A stretch of DNA of 64,000 nt from Torpedo marmorata (taxonomy: Eukaryota). The notes beneath the pieces were generated by a model, which did not search any database, was not told the origin of the DNA, and saw only the letters and a program-made list of their open reading frames with translations. The stretch's first letter is position 1. Every line of letters starts with the position of its first letter. Location of the stretch: NCBI GenBank assembly GCA_977017645.1, contig CDRNVU010000116.1, positions 868,001 through 932,000 of the forward strand. The letters run 5' to 3'. Below are positions 49,901 to 61,154 of the stretch, piece after piece. The position numbers were made by a program, and so were the translations under genes.

Positions 49901-51500
49901 TAGAGGTCTACAAGATTATGAGATGCAGAGATCGGGTGGACAGCCAGCACCTGTTTCCCAGGACAGGAATAGCAAACACCAGAGGACATGTGTACAAAGT
50001 TAAGGGAGGGAAGCTTAGGGGAGACATCAGGGGTAAGTTGTGGGTGCCTGGAATGCCTTGCCAGGGATGGTGGTGGAGGCTGAAACATTAGGGGCATTTA
50101 GGAGACTCTTAGACAGGCACATGGATGGAAGAAAAATAGAGGGTTACGGGGTAGGGAGGGTTTAGTACTTTTTTTAAGGAATATATGAGTCGGCACAACA
50201 TCGAGCGCCGAAGGGCCTGTACTGTGCTGTGGTGTTCTATTTGCCATTCTCCAATCCTCTGCTACCTCCCTGTGGCCAAGGAGGATGCAAACATTGCTAA
50301 AGTCCCAACAATCTCTTGCCTCGCTTCCTGTAGTAATCTGTGGTATATCTTGTCCGGTCCCAGGGACCTATCAATCCTAATCTTTTTAAGAAGATCCAGC
50401 ACTTCCTCTTTCTTAACCTCAATGTGTTCCAGCACATATGCTTCTTCTATTCTGACCTCACCTTGACCAAGGTCCCTCTTCTCTGGTGAACACTGAAGCA
50501 AAATATTCATTTAGGACCTCCCCTAACTACCGTACTCTGCCACCAGGCACTTCGCTTCCTTTATTCTTTATTGGCCTTATCTTCTGTTCTTGACGTATGC
50601 ATACAGTGCCTCGGGGTTTCCCTTAATCCTATTTGCCAAGGCCTTCTTGTTCCCCCTTTTTAGCTTTGCTAAGTCCTTTAAGTTGTTTCCTGGCTGCCTT
50701 ATAATTCTCATGAACCCTTCCTATCTTTTGCTTCCTAAATCTTTTGTTTACTTCCTCCTTCCTCTTAACTTGCTGCCTCACCTGTTATGTCAACCATGGT
50801 TCCGTTATCCTACCATCTTTTTCCTGACTTTGTGGGACAAACCTATCCAGAACCCCATGCAAGTAATCTCTAAGCATCCTCCACATTTCTTCTGTGCTTT
50901 TTCCCAAGAACATCTATTCCCAATTTGCTCTCCCCAGTTCCTGCCTAATCCTATGGTAATTAGCCCTTCCCCAATTAAAATCTTTACCATTTTGTCTGCT
51001 CTTATCCTTATCCATGCTAAAGGTCAGGGAGTTGTGGTCACTGTCATCAAAATGCTCCCCCACCAAGAGGTCTGTCACTTGATTTGGTTCATTACTCAGT
51101 ACTAGATCCAGTATGGCCTCTCCTTCAGTCCACATACTGTGTCAAGAATTCTTCTTGGATGCACCTGACAAATTCTGTCCCATCTATCTCTCTCGCAGTA
51201 AGGAGGTGCCAGTCAATATTTAGGAAGTTGAAATCTCCCATAACAACAACCCTGTTATTTCTGCACCATTCCAAAATCTGCCGACTTATCTGCTCTTCGG
51301 TGCCACAAGGACTGTTTCGGGGCATATAGACTACTCCCAATACAGTGATCGCTCCCTTCCTGTTTCTGACTTCCACCCACATTGACGTAGTAGACAATCC
51401 CTCCACAACGTCCTCGCTTTCTGCAGCTGTGATACTATCCCTGATTTGTAATGCTACTTCCCCCCCCCCCCGCCCCTCTTTTAAGTCCCATCCTATTCCT
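46935..51500 (-). mobile_element. CR1 LINE (EN to 3' end) split at 48345/50239
   Basis: VMGDFNF, LDLVLSN, DSDHN, RT remnants, TTCTA tail; sequence rejoins as GACCACATTT|GCCATTCTCC. Confidence 0.85.
48346..50238 (+). mobile_element. 5'-truncated CR1 inserted antisense into a related CR1
   Basis: [43 protein letters not shown]; ATTT at both junctions. Confidence 0.9.
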
Positions 51501-51704
51501 TTTAAAGCATCAGCCAATCCTGTCCTCGGGTCAGCCAAATCTCTAAGGAGATGGAATTAATGCAAGCAAGTGAGATTCATATAGTTGGGTATGAAGGGCC
51601 TTTTCCTTTTCTGTATAACTAACTTTTAAATGTAGTCAAGGAGGAATTGAATACTATTCTGCATGCTAAAAGGGTGAAGAGGTACAGGGAGAAAGTTGGA
51701 GCAG

Positions 51705-52280
51705 AGTACTGGGCCCTGGTGAGACCCCACCTGGAGTATTGCGTCCAGTTCTGGTCTCCAAATTTGAGGAAGGACATACTAGCTATAGAGGGTGTGCAGC
51801 GCAGATTTACAAGGTTAGTTCCAGGAATGGCAGGGTTGACATATGCTGAAAGGTTAGAAAAACTGGACTTATATTCGATGGAGTTTAGGAGGATGAGGGG
51901 GGATATGATTGAGGTTTACAAAATTATCAAGGGGATAGACAGGGTGAAGTCAGATTACTTGTTCCCAATGTTGGGAGAGACGAGGACTAGAGGGCATAGT
52001 TTAAGAATTCAGGGAAGGCCCTTTAGGACGGAGATGAGAAAAAATTTCTTTAGCCAGAGAAGTGTGAATCTGTGGAATGCTCTGCCACAGAGGGTGGTAG
52101 AGGCAGATTCGCTGATTATGTTCAAAAGAGAGTTAGATAAGACTCTAATGGGCAGAGGATTTAAGGGTTATGGGGATAAGGCTGGTAAGGGGTACTGATA
52201 GTAGAGATCAGCCATGATCTGTAAAATGGCGGTGCTGGCTCGACGGGCCGAAGGGCCTACTCCAGCTCCTATTGTCTACT
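51705..52280 (+). mobile_element. CR1 3' fragment
   Basis: LVRPHLEYCVQFWSP...TRGHSL; 3' stem GGGCCGAAGGGCCTACTCC. Confidence 0.9.
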
Positions 52281-52492
52281 GAATTTGAATGATTAACCAT
52301 GATCCTATTGAATGGTGGAGAAGGCTTGTAGAAGCAAAAGCAAGTCATTTGATCCTGTTTTCTGTTTTGAAGTACAGTTGCAATATAATGCAGGAAATTC
52401 AATAATTTTATCAATTGATGTTGAGTGAGGGATACATTTTCTCCAGGGCCTTGGGAATTGTTGCTCTATCGGAAAATTGTTTTGCTCAACTT

Positions 52493-53102
52493 TTCAGAAT
52501 CAGAATTTATTGTCATGAACATGTCATTGTTTTGTGGCATCATGACAGTGCAAATAATGCTATAAAATTACATTTGAAAAATATATAAATTCGAGCAAAA
52601 ATAAGAAAAAGTGAGGTGGTGTCTGTGGTTCATTGTTCATTCAGAAATCTGATGGCAGAGAGGAAGAAGCTGTCCTTGTGCCACTGGGTGTTCATCTTCA
52701 GGCTCCTATACCTCCTTCCCGATGGTAGCAGTGTGAAAAGAGCATGGCCTGGGTGGTGAGGGTCCTTGAGGATAGAGGCTGCTTTCTTAAGTCACCATCT
52801 CTTGTAGATGTCCTCGATAGAGTGGAGACTGATGCGTGTGATGGCGCTGGCTGAGTTCACAACCCTCTAGTTTTTTTTTCTTATCCTGTGAATTGGCACC
52901 TCCATACCAGATAGTGATACAACCAGTCAGGGTGCTCTCCATGGTACACCTGTAGAAATTTGCAAGAGTCTTTAGTGACATACCAAATCTCCTCAAACTT
53001 CTCACGAAGTATAGCTGCTGGCGAGCCTCCTTCATGATTGCATTGACGTGGAGGCCCCAGGACAGATCCTCAGAGATGTTGACACCCAGGAACTTGAAGT
53101 TT
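52493..53102 (-). mobile_element. Rex1/Babar-like LINE 3' fragment
   Basis: FKFLGVNISEDLSW...; tail CATGACAATAAA(TTCTGA)n, as at 8712. Confidence 0.85.
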
Positions 53103-53174
53103 AACAATAGATTAAGTAAATTAAATGTAGTGCAAAATCAAGTGCAATTCTGAAAGCCTTTTAATGAAAGGTCT

Positions 53175-53920
53175 TGAGCTAATCTGCAGATGCTATGATT
53201 GTAGTAAAAACACACCAAAATGGTGGAGGAACTCAGCGGGTCTTTCAGCGTCCATAAAAGACAAAGATATCTTGCTGATGTTTTGGGCCTGAGCCCTTCA
53301 AGGATTAAGAAGAATGAGACAAAAGCAGGAAATCTCAGAAAGGAGACAGGGAACGGAGAGACAGAGCTCGGGGAAGGCGACGGGGGAAGAAGTGGGGAAG
53401 GGGGATTTAACAAAAGCCAGAGAAGTCGATATTAATGCCATCCAGTTGGAGGGTGATGAGGTGTTGGAAGATGAGGTGTGGCCACCCATTTCAATTCCCC
53501 ATCCCATTCCCTTGCTGACATGTCTGTCCATGGTCTCATGCACTGCCAGACAGACCACCCGCAAATTGGAGGAACAACACCTCATCTTCGACTTTCGTTA
53601 AACCACACCCCCCCTTCACTTCTTCCCCCCCTTTACTTCTTCCCCCGTTGCCTTTCCCCCAGCTCTGTCTCTCCTTTCTGTCTCCTTTCACACAAACATG
53701 ATAAATTCTTACCTTGTCCCTTATCATATCCAATTAACACCTTTTGTTGGTCTGGATTCCTCCCCCAGCCAGCATTTTGTCTGAAATCTGAGATTTCCTG
53801 TTTTTGGCTTATTCTGCTTATTCCTTGAAGAAGGGCTCAGGCCCGAAACGTTGGCAAGATATCTTTGTCTTTTATGGACGCTGAAAGACCCGCTGAGTTC
53901 CTCCAGCCTGTTCTGTTTTC
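53175..53920. mobile_element. Penelope-like element: GIY-YIG C-terminus flanked by inverted pLTRs with hammerhead motif
   Basis: VATHFNSPSHSLADMSVHGL...RKLEEQHLIF; inverted arms ~53205-53405 and ~53625-53905; CCTTGAAGAAGGGCTCAGGCCCGAAACGTT at 53823-53852. Confidence 0.8.
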
Positions 53921-54113
53921 CATCTTTATTTGCGAGCAAGTACAGCTCTTGAGTTGTTTGAATGCTAGATACTTTGATGTTTGTATGTAGAATTAGTTTA
54001 ACTGCCCCTCATGTAAACGATGCAAACTGGAGGAAATTTGTCTTTTGGTTGTAATTATATATTCATTTGACTTGACACCAATTGGATTATTTGTGTTTCC
54101 TTTTTAAATTAAG

Positions 54114-54336
54114 TTTTGGAAGATCTGTCCAATGGAACATCTTCTGGCCCGATTAGAGCTTGATTCACGACCAGTTGCAAAGCGAATTGTCAACCTGTTA
54201 TTTAACTCCTTCTTTCCTGTAAATCAACCTGAAGATGTATGGTGTGAAAGATGTGTCACTCTTGTGCAAATGAATCCCATGGCAGCAAGGAGGTTTTATC
54301 AATATGCGCACGTACACACTGCACCAACAAATATTG
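54114..54336 (+). CDS. NCAPG2: NCAPG2 internal coding exon (5 of 9)
   Basis: attaAG|...|GTAAGA, 223 nt, phase 0/1; FWKICPMEHLLARLELDSRPVAKRIVNLLFNSFFPVNQPEDVWCERCVTLVQMNPMAARRFYQYAHVHTAPTNI. Confidence 0.96.
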
Positions 54337-54349
54337 GTAAGATTCTTTA

Positions 54350-54912
54350 TCAAAGTTCAGATTTACTGTCAGAGTACATACATGACATCACATGACTCAA
54401 AGATTATTTTTCCTGCGGGCCAGGCAGAATTTCTACTTATCGGTAGTGCAATAAACTGTACTCAAGAAAGGATACTTATATAAAAGAGATAAATGTAACC
54501 AAACTGTGCAATACAGAAAAAATAAATATTCAGTCATAAATAATGTGCAATGTAAGAATCCTTAAATGAGTCTCTGAGTGAGTTTGTTGTTTAGGAGTCT
54601 GATGGTGGAGGGGTAACTACTGTTCCTGAACCTGGTGGTACGAGTCTTGTGGCACCTATACATCTTTCCTGGTGGCAGCAGCGAGAACTGAGCATATCCT
54701 GGGTGGTGTTGATCCTTGATGATTGTTGCTGCTCTCCGACAGCAGTGTTCCATGTAGATTTTCTCGATGGTGGGGAGAGTTTTGCCTGTGATGTATTGGG
54801 CTGTATCCACTACCTTATGCAGGGCTTTCTGCTCAGAGGTATTGGTGCTCCTATACCAGGCCATGATGCAGCCGGTCAGCACACTTTCCACCACACATTT
54901 GTAGAAGTTTGC
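54350..54912 (-). mobile_element. Rex1/Babar-like LINE 3' fragment (second subfamily)
   Basis: VESVLTGCIMAWY...HPGY..FSLLPPGK...RTTRFRNS. Confidence 0.8.
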
Positions 54913-56140
54913 TGAAAGATGCTAAAAATCAAAGTGCCTCTTCGTGTGACTGAGATGGGATGAGGGAGAAAATAAGTTACATAGAAATAAATGGGGAATA
55001 ATTAATGGGAATGCTCTGAGAGTTGGCATGGACTTGAGAGGATGAATGGCCTCCTAATGTAATGGGGAAAATCTGAGAAAGAACTATAATTTCTGTAATT
55101 CCCTCCAGAATTCTGGAATGCTCCAATGTACTTGTCACTCAGTTTTATACTTCTCACAACTTTGAAATGCTCATCTGTCTTTTTTTTAAACCTCAACTCA
55201 ATGATTCCAAGTTTTCCTGATCAACCTCTGGACTTTCACCATCTTTCTCATTATAAACTGTGTCCTAATTTGCGTACATTCGCATTCACCCATCAGACTT
55301 GTGCTTGTTGCCCTAGTTTAGTTGCCTTTTAAAATTTCTTATCTTTTGCTTTTAAAGCACTCCATAGAACTTGCCTTTCCCTGTAATCTCCAGCAGGCCA
55401 GTAACCCTTGATGACTTTAGTTCAATTTTGCCCTCTTGTGCATCACAATTTTCTTTGCCACTGTTAGCAGCTGTTGTTTCAGAAGCCAGGACCTCAGCTC
55501 TGAAAGTCTCCATCTTTCTACTACATTCCCTTCAACCCTCAAAATCTTCCTCTCGATTTGAGGTTTTGGCCACCTGTCCTATAGTTTTTTTTAAAAATAT
55601 TTTATTTAAAAATTTAAATCACTCGATAATACATACTGTAAAATGCAAAATTATCAAAATACATGTGATATATTTTCACTCCCCTTCCCTCCCTCCCCTC
55701 CCTAACCCTCCCACCCTTACTATTCTAATAAAATAGAAAAAAAAAGATAAAGTAAGGAGAATGTCAATCTAAAAACAACAACTATAAGCTAATTTTATTG
55801 TGAATCACAGGTTCGCCAGTCAGATCCGATATGCAGAGATCTTCAAATCCTTAGACCCACAGTTTTTATATATGGGCTCCATATTTTCAAAAAGAAATGA
55901 TATTTGTTACGTAAATTATAAGTAATTTTTTCAAGTGGTATAGCTGAACGAAGTTCTGCATGCCATCTCTCTAACCCTAAATTTACATCAGATTTCCATA
56001 TAATAGCAATGCATTTCTTAAAAACAGCTAAAGCAATTTGCAAAAATTCTATTTGATACATATTTAATCTCATTTTGGTACTAATTCTTTTAATATCTCC
56101 AAACAGAAATATCATAGGATTCATTGGGAGTATAATTCTT

Positions 56141-56576
56141 TTTTAAAAAATTTTATTTAAACTTTTAAATCACAAAATACATAAGATAAAATATAAAATT
56201 ATCAAAATACATGTGATACATTTTCACCCCCCACCCTCCCTCCCCTCCCCAACCCCCCCATCCCCACTAATCTAGTGATATAAAATAAAAGTAAAAATAG
56301 AAAAAAAAAGAAAGAAAAAGATAGAATAAAGGGAATATCATCTATAAACTAATTCTATTACGGAGGTCAAATATGCCAGTAGATCCGATATCTAGAGATC
56401 TTCAGATCCTTAAACCCACAGCTCTCATATATGGGCTCCAAATTTTCAAGAAGAAATGATATTTATTACGTAAATTATAAGTAATTTTTTCCAGTGGTAT
56501 ACACGAACGGAGCTCTGCATGCCATCTTTCTAATCCTAAATCTAAATCAGATTTCCAAGTAATAGCAATGCATTTT
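56141..56576 (-). mobile_element. L1 3' fragment nested in the same-family L1
   Basis: 14-bp TSD GGAGTATAATTCTT at 56127-56140 and 56577-56590. Confidence 0.92.
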
Positions 56577-56808
56577 GGAGTATAATTCTTAATACTTTGT
56601 CTAAAAACTTTTTAACTTTCAACCAGAAGTCATATATCTTTGGACAAAACCATGAAGAATGTACAAAAGAACCTTCCTCTCTATTACATCTAAAACATAA
56701 ACCTGATAATGTCGGATTAAATTTCTTTAATTTCTTAGGTGTTAAATATAATTGATGCAAAAAGTTATATTGCACCAACCTCTTTCTAACGTTAATAATC
56801 TTCGTCAT

Positions 56809-56917
56809 GCTTTGTTTACATATTTCTTTCCAATGCTCCTCATCTATTGTTACATTCAAATCTGATTTGAATGTAACAATAGATGAGGAGCATTGGAAAG
56901 AAATATGTAAACAAAGC
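56809..56917. repeat. Perfect palindrome, 54-bp arms with 1-nt spacer
   Basis: 56809-56862 is the exact reverse complement of 56864-56917. Confidence 0.95.
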
Positions 56918-57337
56918 TGTCCTATGGTCTTAAGAGATTTGGTATCAAATTCAGTGTGCACTTCAGTTATGGAACGGTGTTCATTCAATATGATATAAAC
57001 CAACAGGTAATATGTTCTTTACTTGAAGGTTAGGGAATAATTATTGGCCAGAGCAAAGGGGAAAAGAATATTTGAAGTAATCAAGGAAGTTTTAATTTTC
57101 AGATGAGGCAAGTTAGAGATTTAGCGTCATGTCATATCTCAATACTGCTCTCCAACATACTGAAATGTCAGCTTGGATTATCTGGTTATGAATAAATATG
57201 ATGGTGAGCAAATTACATATTTTATTCTGTGATAAAATATTACCTAATAATATGCAAGAGATGCAGGGAATATTTATTCACAGAAAGTAGTCATTCTGAT
57301 GAAGATTTCGAAGCTTATTTTTCTTTTTCTTTCATAG

Positions 57338-57444
57338 CCAAGTTGATGCTTGTGATTCGTCGATGCTTGAATGCATGTATTCAGAGGGCAGCACGTAATG
57401 AAACTGATGATGATGATGATGAACAACAGAAGGAAAATATCAGT
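57338..57444 (+). CDS. NCAPG2: NCAPG2 internal coding exon (6 of 9), probable GC donor
   Basis: ttcatAG|cc aag..., phase 1 start; (A)KLMLVIRRCLNACIQRAARNETDDDDDEQQKENIS followed by GCAAGT; an alternative weak in-frame GT donor lies at 57451. Confidence 0.88.
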
Positions 57445-58416
57445 GCAAGTGTCATATATCCCTTCTCTCACGAATATTCATTTTTAATTCTGTGGAAATG
57501 AATTTGCTTTTATCTGTGTTATTGTATTGTCTGCTGAAATAATTTTGAAATAGGGTGGATAAACAGCTATTAAAAAAGTAATCATACGAGGATTTCCCTT
57601 TAATGCCAAACCTTTGGGAATAGTGAAATGTTTTTGTGCTGCTCCTGACTTGAGAACTGATTTTTTGACAGAAAAACACAAAAGTCAAGATAATCACTTG
57701 TAATAATTGGGATCATTAAACCAAAATTAACAAATGAGTGTTGAAAACAAAAATGTAGTCAATTAGCTTTTGTGTTCCTCGAAGGAAAAATTGAAAATCT
57801 GCACTGTTATTTTTATCATGTTCAAGAACGATTTGTGGCTAATTTGAATTCTATATTTCCCATTTAAAAAAATAATAATCAGGCCATACATGTATGTATA
57901 CCTACTAAGGATCAATGGGATATATGTTTGAAATAATGTTTGAAATACAAGCTGTTCAATTAGATTTTTGTCCTCGTTAACCCTTCTGAAGTTGCCATAG
58001 AATTCACTCCTTGTGACCTGGCTGTATTTATTGTGATTACTTATTGAGAGCATACTGCCATCTCTACTGTCTGAATTTTTTTAAAGTATTGCACTGGAGC
58101 TCCTTCATATTTTGCTGCTCTGAAAAAAATTCCTGCAGTATACTACATTTAAGCCTAAAGCCCTTGAATTGCCATGATTAAACAAAATATTTTTCCCCAT
58201 AAAATCCTGCTGCTGAATAAATTTTTATTTTCAATAGAATGTTAATTGTAGACCCGCCGTCACCATTCTCCTAATATTTCAGATATTTGAGTTTCCCCTT
58301 TCTGCACCTTTGGTACTCAATGTTTTTTTGGGGAAATGGATGTGATGCCAGGACATGGGAGAAACTTGTAGGGGAAGAGATGAAGAGAACTTGAAACCAA
58401 TTATCCTTTCCAACAG

Positions 58417-58590
58417 GTGCTGGATAGCGTGCTGTCAGTGAGTGATGGTGCCACAATAGCTAGCTTATTGGAAATTATTGTTATTTTATGGAAAAGCATC
58501 CGCAAGGCGCTGAATGAAAATGAAGAAGCTAAAAACTACACAATTGCAAAGTTTTCAACTGTGCTGCCTCAATATTTTAAAACTTTAACG
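58417..58590 (+). CDS. NCAPG2: NCAPG2 internal coding exon (7 of 9)
   Basis: ccaacAG|...|GTAAAA, 174 nt; VLDSVLSVSDGATIASLLEIIVILWKSIRKALNENEEAKNYTIAKFSTVLPQYFKTLT. Confidence 0.95.
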
Positions 58591-58759
58591 GTAAAATCTT
58601 TTCTGAATGTTTGAAACTTTATTTTAAAGTTTGGGCTGAAAATAGTTCTGCTTTCTGTTTTGTCTGTTTGTCCATATTTTAACTTGGGGACATTTTTCAT
58701 TGGGCAAAATATCTGCATTTGCATTTTGTGTTCAGACTAAACTGTATATGTTTTTACAG

Positions 58760-58830
58760 GATGACCGTTGTACTGTTCCCTTAATAATTCTGGCATCCTT
58801 CTTGCCTCCAACAGCAATTCTCCCTTTCAG
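58760..58830 (+). CDS. NCAPG2: NCAPG2 internal coding exon (8 of 9)
   Basis: ttttacAG|...|GTACTG, 71 nt, phase 0/2; DDRCTVPLIILASFLPPTAILPF(S). Confidence 0.94.
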
Positions 58831-59204
58831 GTACTGTGGCTTCAAAATTTGAATCATGCATGATACTTAGTGGTACTGATCTTGAGTGGAGATGCATATT
58901 ATTTTTCTGATAAATTTGATGCTCTGCCATCATGGAGAATATAGAGGATTTTGGATTAGGAGCAGATTTGAAGTGAAGATAAAAGTGTGGGGATGATCAG
59001 TGGGGAGAAGTTGGTCAGCTGTGAGCTAGGTGCAATCAGTCAGGAAGAATATTTTGTAATTTAAGATGTATACATAAGCAACATCAATAAAAAGGACCAA
59101 GATTAAAATTCAGAGTACACAGTTGGCATTAATAACATTTTATCACATTATCCAATGTAATGACATTTTTACACTCCAATCCTTTATGTAAAATTAAATA
59201 ACTT

Positions 59205-59463
59205 ATATATTTTTAAAAATTTAGACATACAGCACAGTAACAGGCCATGTCGGCCCACGAGTCCGTGCCGCCCAATTTACACCCAATTAACCTACACCCC
59301 CGGTACGTTTCGAACTGTGGGAGGAAACCGAAGTCCCCGGGGAAAACCCACGCAGACTCGGGGAGAACATACAAACTCCTTACAGACAGCGCAGGATTCG
59401 AACCACGGTCCCAATTGCTGGTGCTGTAAAGGCGTTGCGCTAACCGCTACACTAACCATGCCG
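59205..59463 (-). mobile_element. V-SINE, full length
   Basis: tRNA head TAGTGTAGCGGTTAGCGC...GGTTCGAATCC, V-domain, tail. Confidence 0.88.
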
Positions 59464-60114
59464 CACATTAGGAATGTGTGTAAACCTTGGAAATGAAATG
59501 TAGCTTTCTAGCAACGTTTTAAAGCTATTCTTTCAGCTGTGGAAGCTTTGGAAGCAAATTAAATTACGTTTGTATATGTTGCACTTCTTAAATTTTAAGC
59601 GATTAATTTTTTTGGAACAAGATCATGAGACGTGGAGGTCAATTATCTATATATTTTGTGCATCCAGCTCGAGGACATTACCTTAAATGTTAATATTAAT
59701 TGATGACACAAATTTGTGTTCTAATGGGGCCGATATTTGTACAAATAAAAATCACGGAAATGTCAACATCCAAAACCTTTTCAGGCATTTTAAGTATTCC
59801 TGTTAATTACTTTCTTCAATATGTTAAAAAAAATTAAAATATTGAGCAAGATGAACATCAAAACTAACGGTATTTCCTTTTGAGGAGGAAGAATAGTGAT
59901 TCAAGTACTGGCCTAGCAAATTCTGATCTCATTGTGGCAAACAGGAAGATGCTAAATTGTTGTAAAAAATCTACTGATTCACATTATGGTTAACTTGTGA
60001 TTGTTGGGAATGGGTAATAAGTATGGTGGAGTAAAGAACATTGCATGTAAATGCTGGTGGAAATTTGAGTTTTACACTTCTGATTTTCTGATCCCTGTTA
60101 ATCATTTCTTCTAG

Positions 60115-60265
60115 TTGTGGTGTTCTCTCAAAGTTGAGAAATTTGGATAAGGACACTAATGAGAAAAAGTATTCTTCACTGATAGACTGCCTTTGTCAGT
60201 GGGGTAAAGTCGGACATGTGGTTGAGCTGATTAGTGATTGGCTGACAGAGGGACTTCCTCAAAAG
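60115..60265 (+). CDS. NCAPG2: NCAPG2 internal coding exon (9 of 9)
   Basis: ttctAG|...|GTCAGA, 151 nt, phase 2/0; CGVLSKLRNLDKDTNEKKYSSLIDCLCQWGKVGHVVELISDWLTEGLPQK. Confidence 0.94.
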
Positions 60266-60717
60266 GTCAGATAATTCATTTAAGATGTTAAATGCTTCAT
60301 AAACCTGAAGGAATGTTGTCACTAATTTTTCTTAAGGCAATAATGATGGAACGAAAACTGCAGTCTTTAATTTCTTGGACTGGTATCATTAAATCTTTTG
60401 TATACAATGGAAGATGTAGAGTTATTCTGAGAGAGTGATTCTGGAGAATGAGTAAAATAATAAGTATAGTCAACCTTAGCAAGCAAGATTTCTTGTTTCC
60501 AATCACGCTGTGCTTGTTGTGTTCCATTATCCTTGTTTTGGAATAGAGTATTCAATGCTTAAGATTTGTATCACCTTCCTTTCATTAGCTTGATCAGCCG
60601 CTTCCTGGTTTAATTGAAATTCCATTGAAATATAAAAATATTAATACATTTCAGAATTAGACTTAGATAGGTAGAGAGATTTCTATTACCTTCTCAAGTA
60701 GGAATAAAATGTTGCAA

Positions 60718-60902
60718 GTAAAAGCACAAAAATACTGGAGGAACTCAGCAGGTCACGCAACATCCATACCTTGAAGAAGGGCTCAGGCCCAAAATATTGG
60801 TTATATATCTTTACCTCCTATAGAAGCTGCGTGACCTGCTGAATTCCTCCAGCATTTTGTGTTTTTACCATAATCAGAGCGCCTGCAGACTTTTGTGTTT
60901 CA
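60718..60902 (+). mobile_element. Penelope-like pLTR hairpin
   Basis: Inverted arms flanking CCTTGAAGAAGGGCTCAGGCCCAAAATATT. Confidence 0.72.
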
Positions 60903-61154
60903 TTTCATAAAATGGTGCAAGTCTGGAAAAGAGTGAGGCATAATTTTTTATCCCATTATCCTTCTAACCTCATTGGTTGCTGATACTTCAAGTTGAATCT
61001 GGAGATTGACCTCCTAAGAATGAAGACCATACCTACATTTGGTAATCTTTTCAATGAAACATTCAACTGATTGTTGTCAAAAGAATTTTTTTTTCTATAG
61101 TCATGGGGGAAAGTTACTGTAATTAGTGACAAATAATTATCATGGTTGTAAGAT

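Larger units (their letters stand above)
55589..56917 (-). mobile_element. 5'-truncated L1 with 5' fold-back palindrome; host of a second L1
   Basis: TSD CTGTCCTAT(A/G)GT at 55574 and 56917; same family as 19529-21105. Confidence 0.9.
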
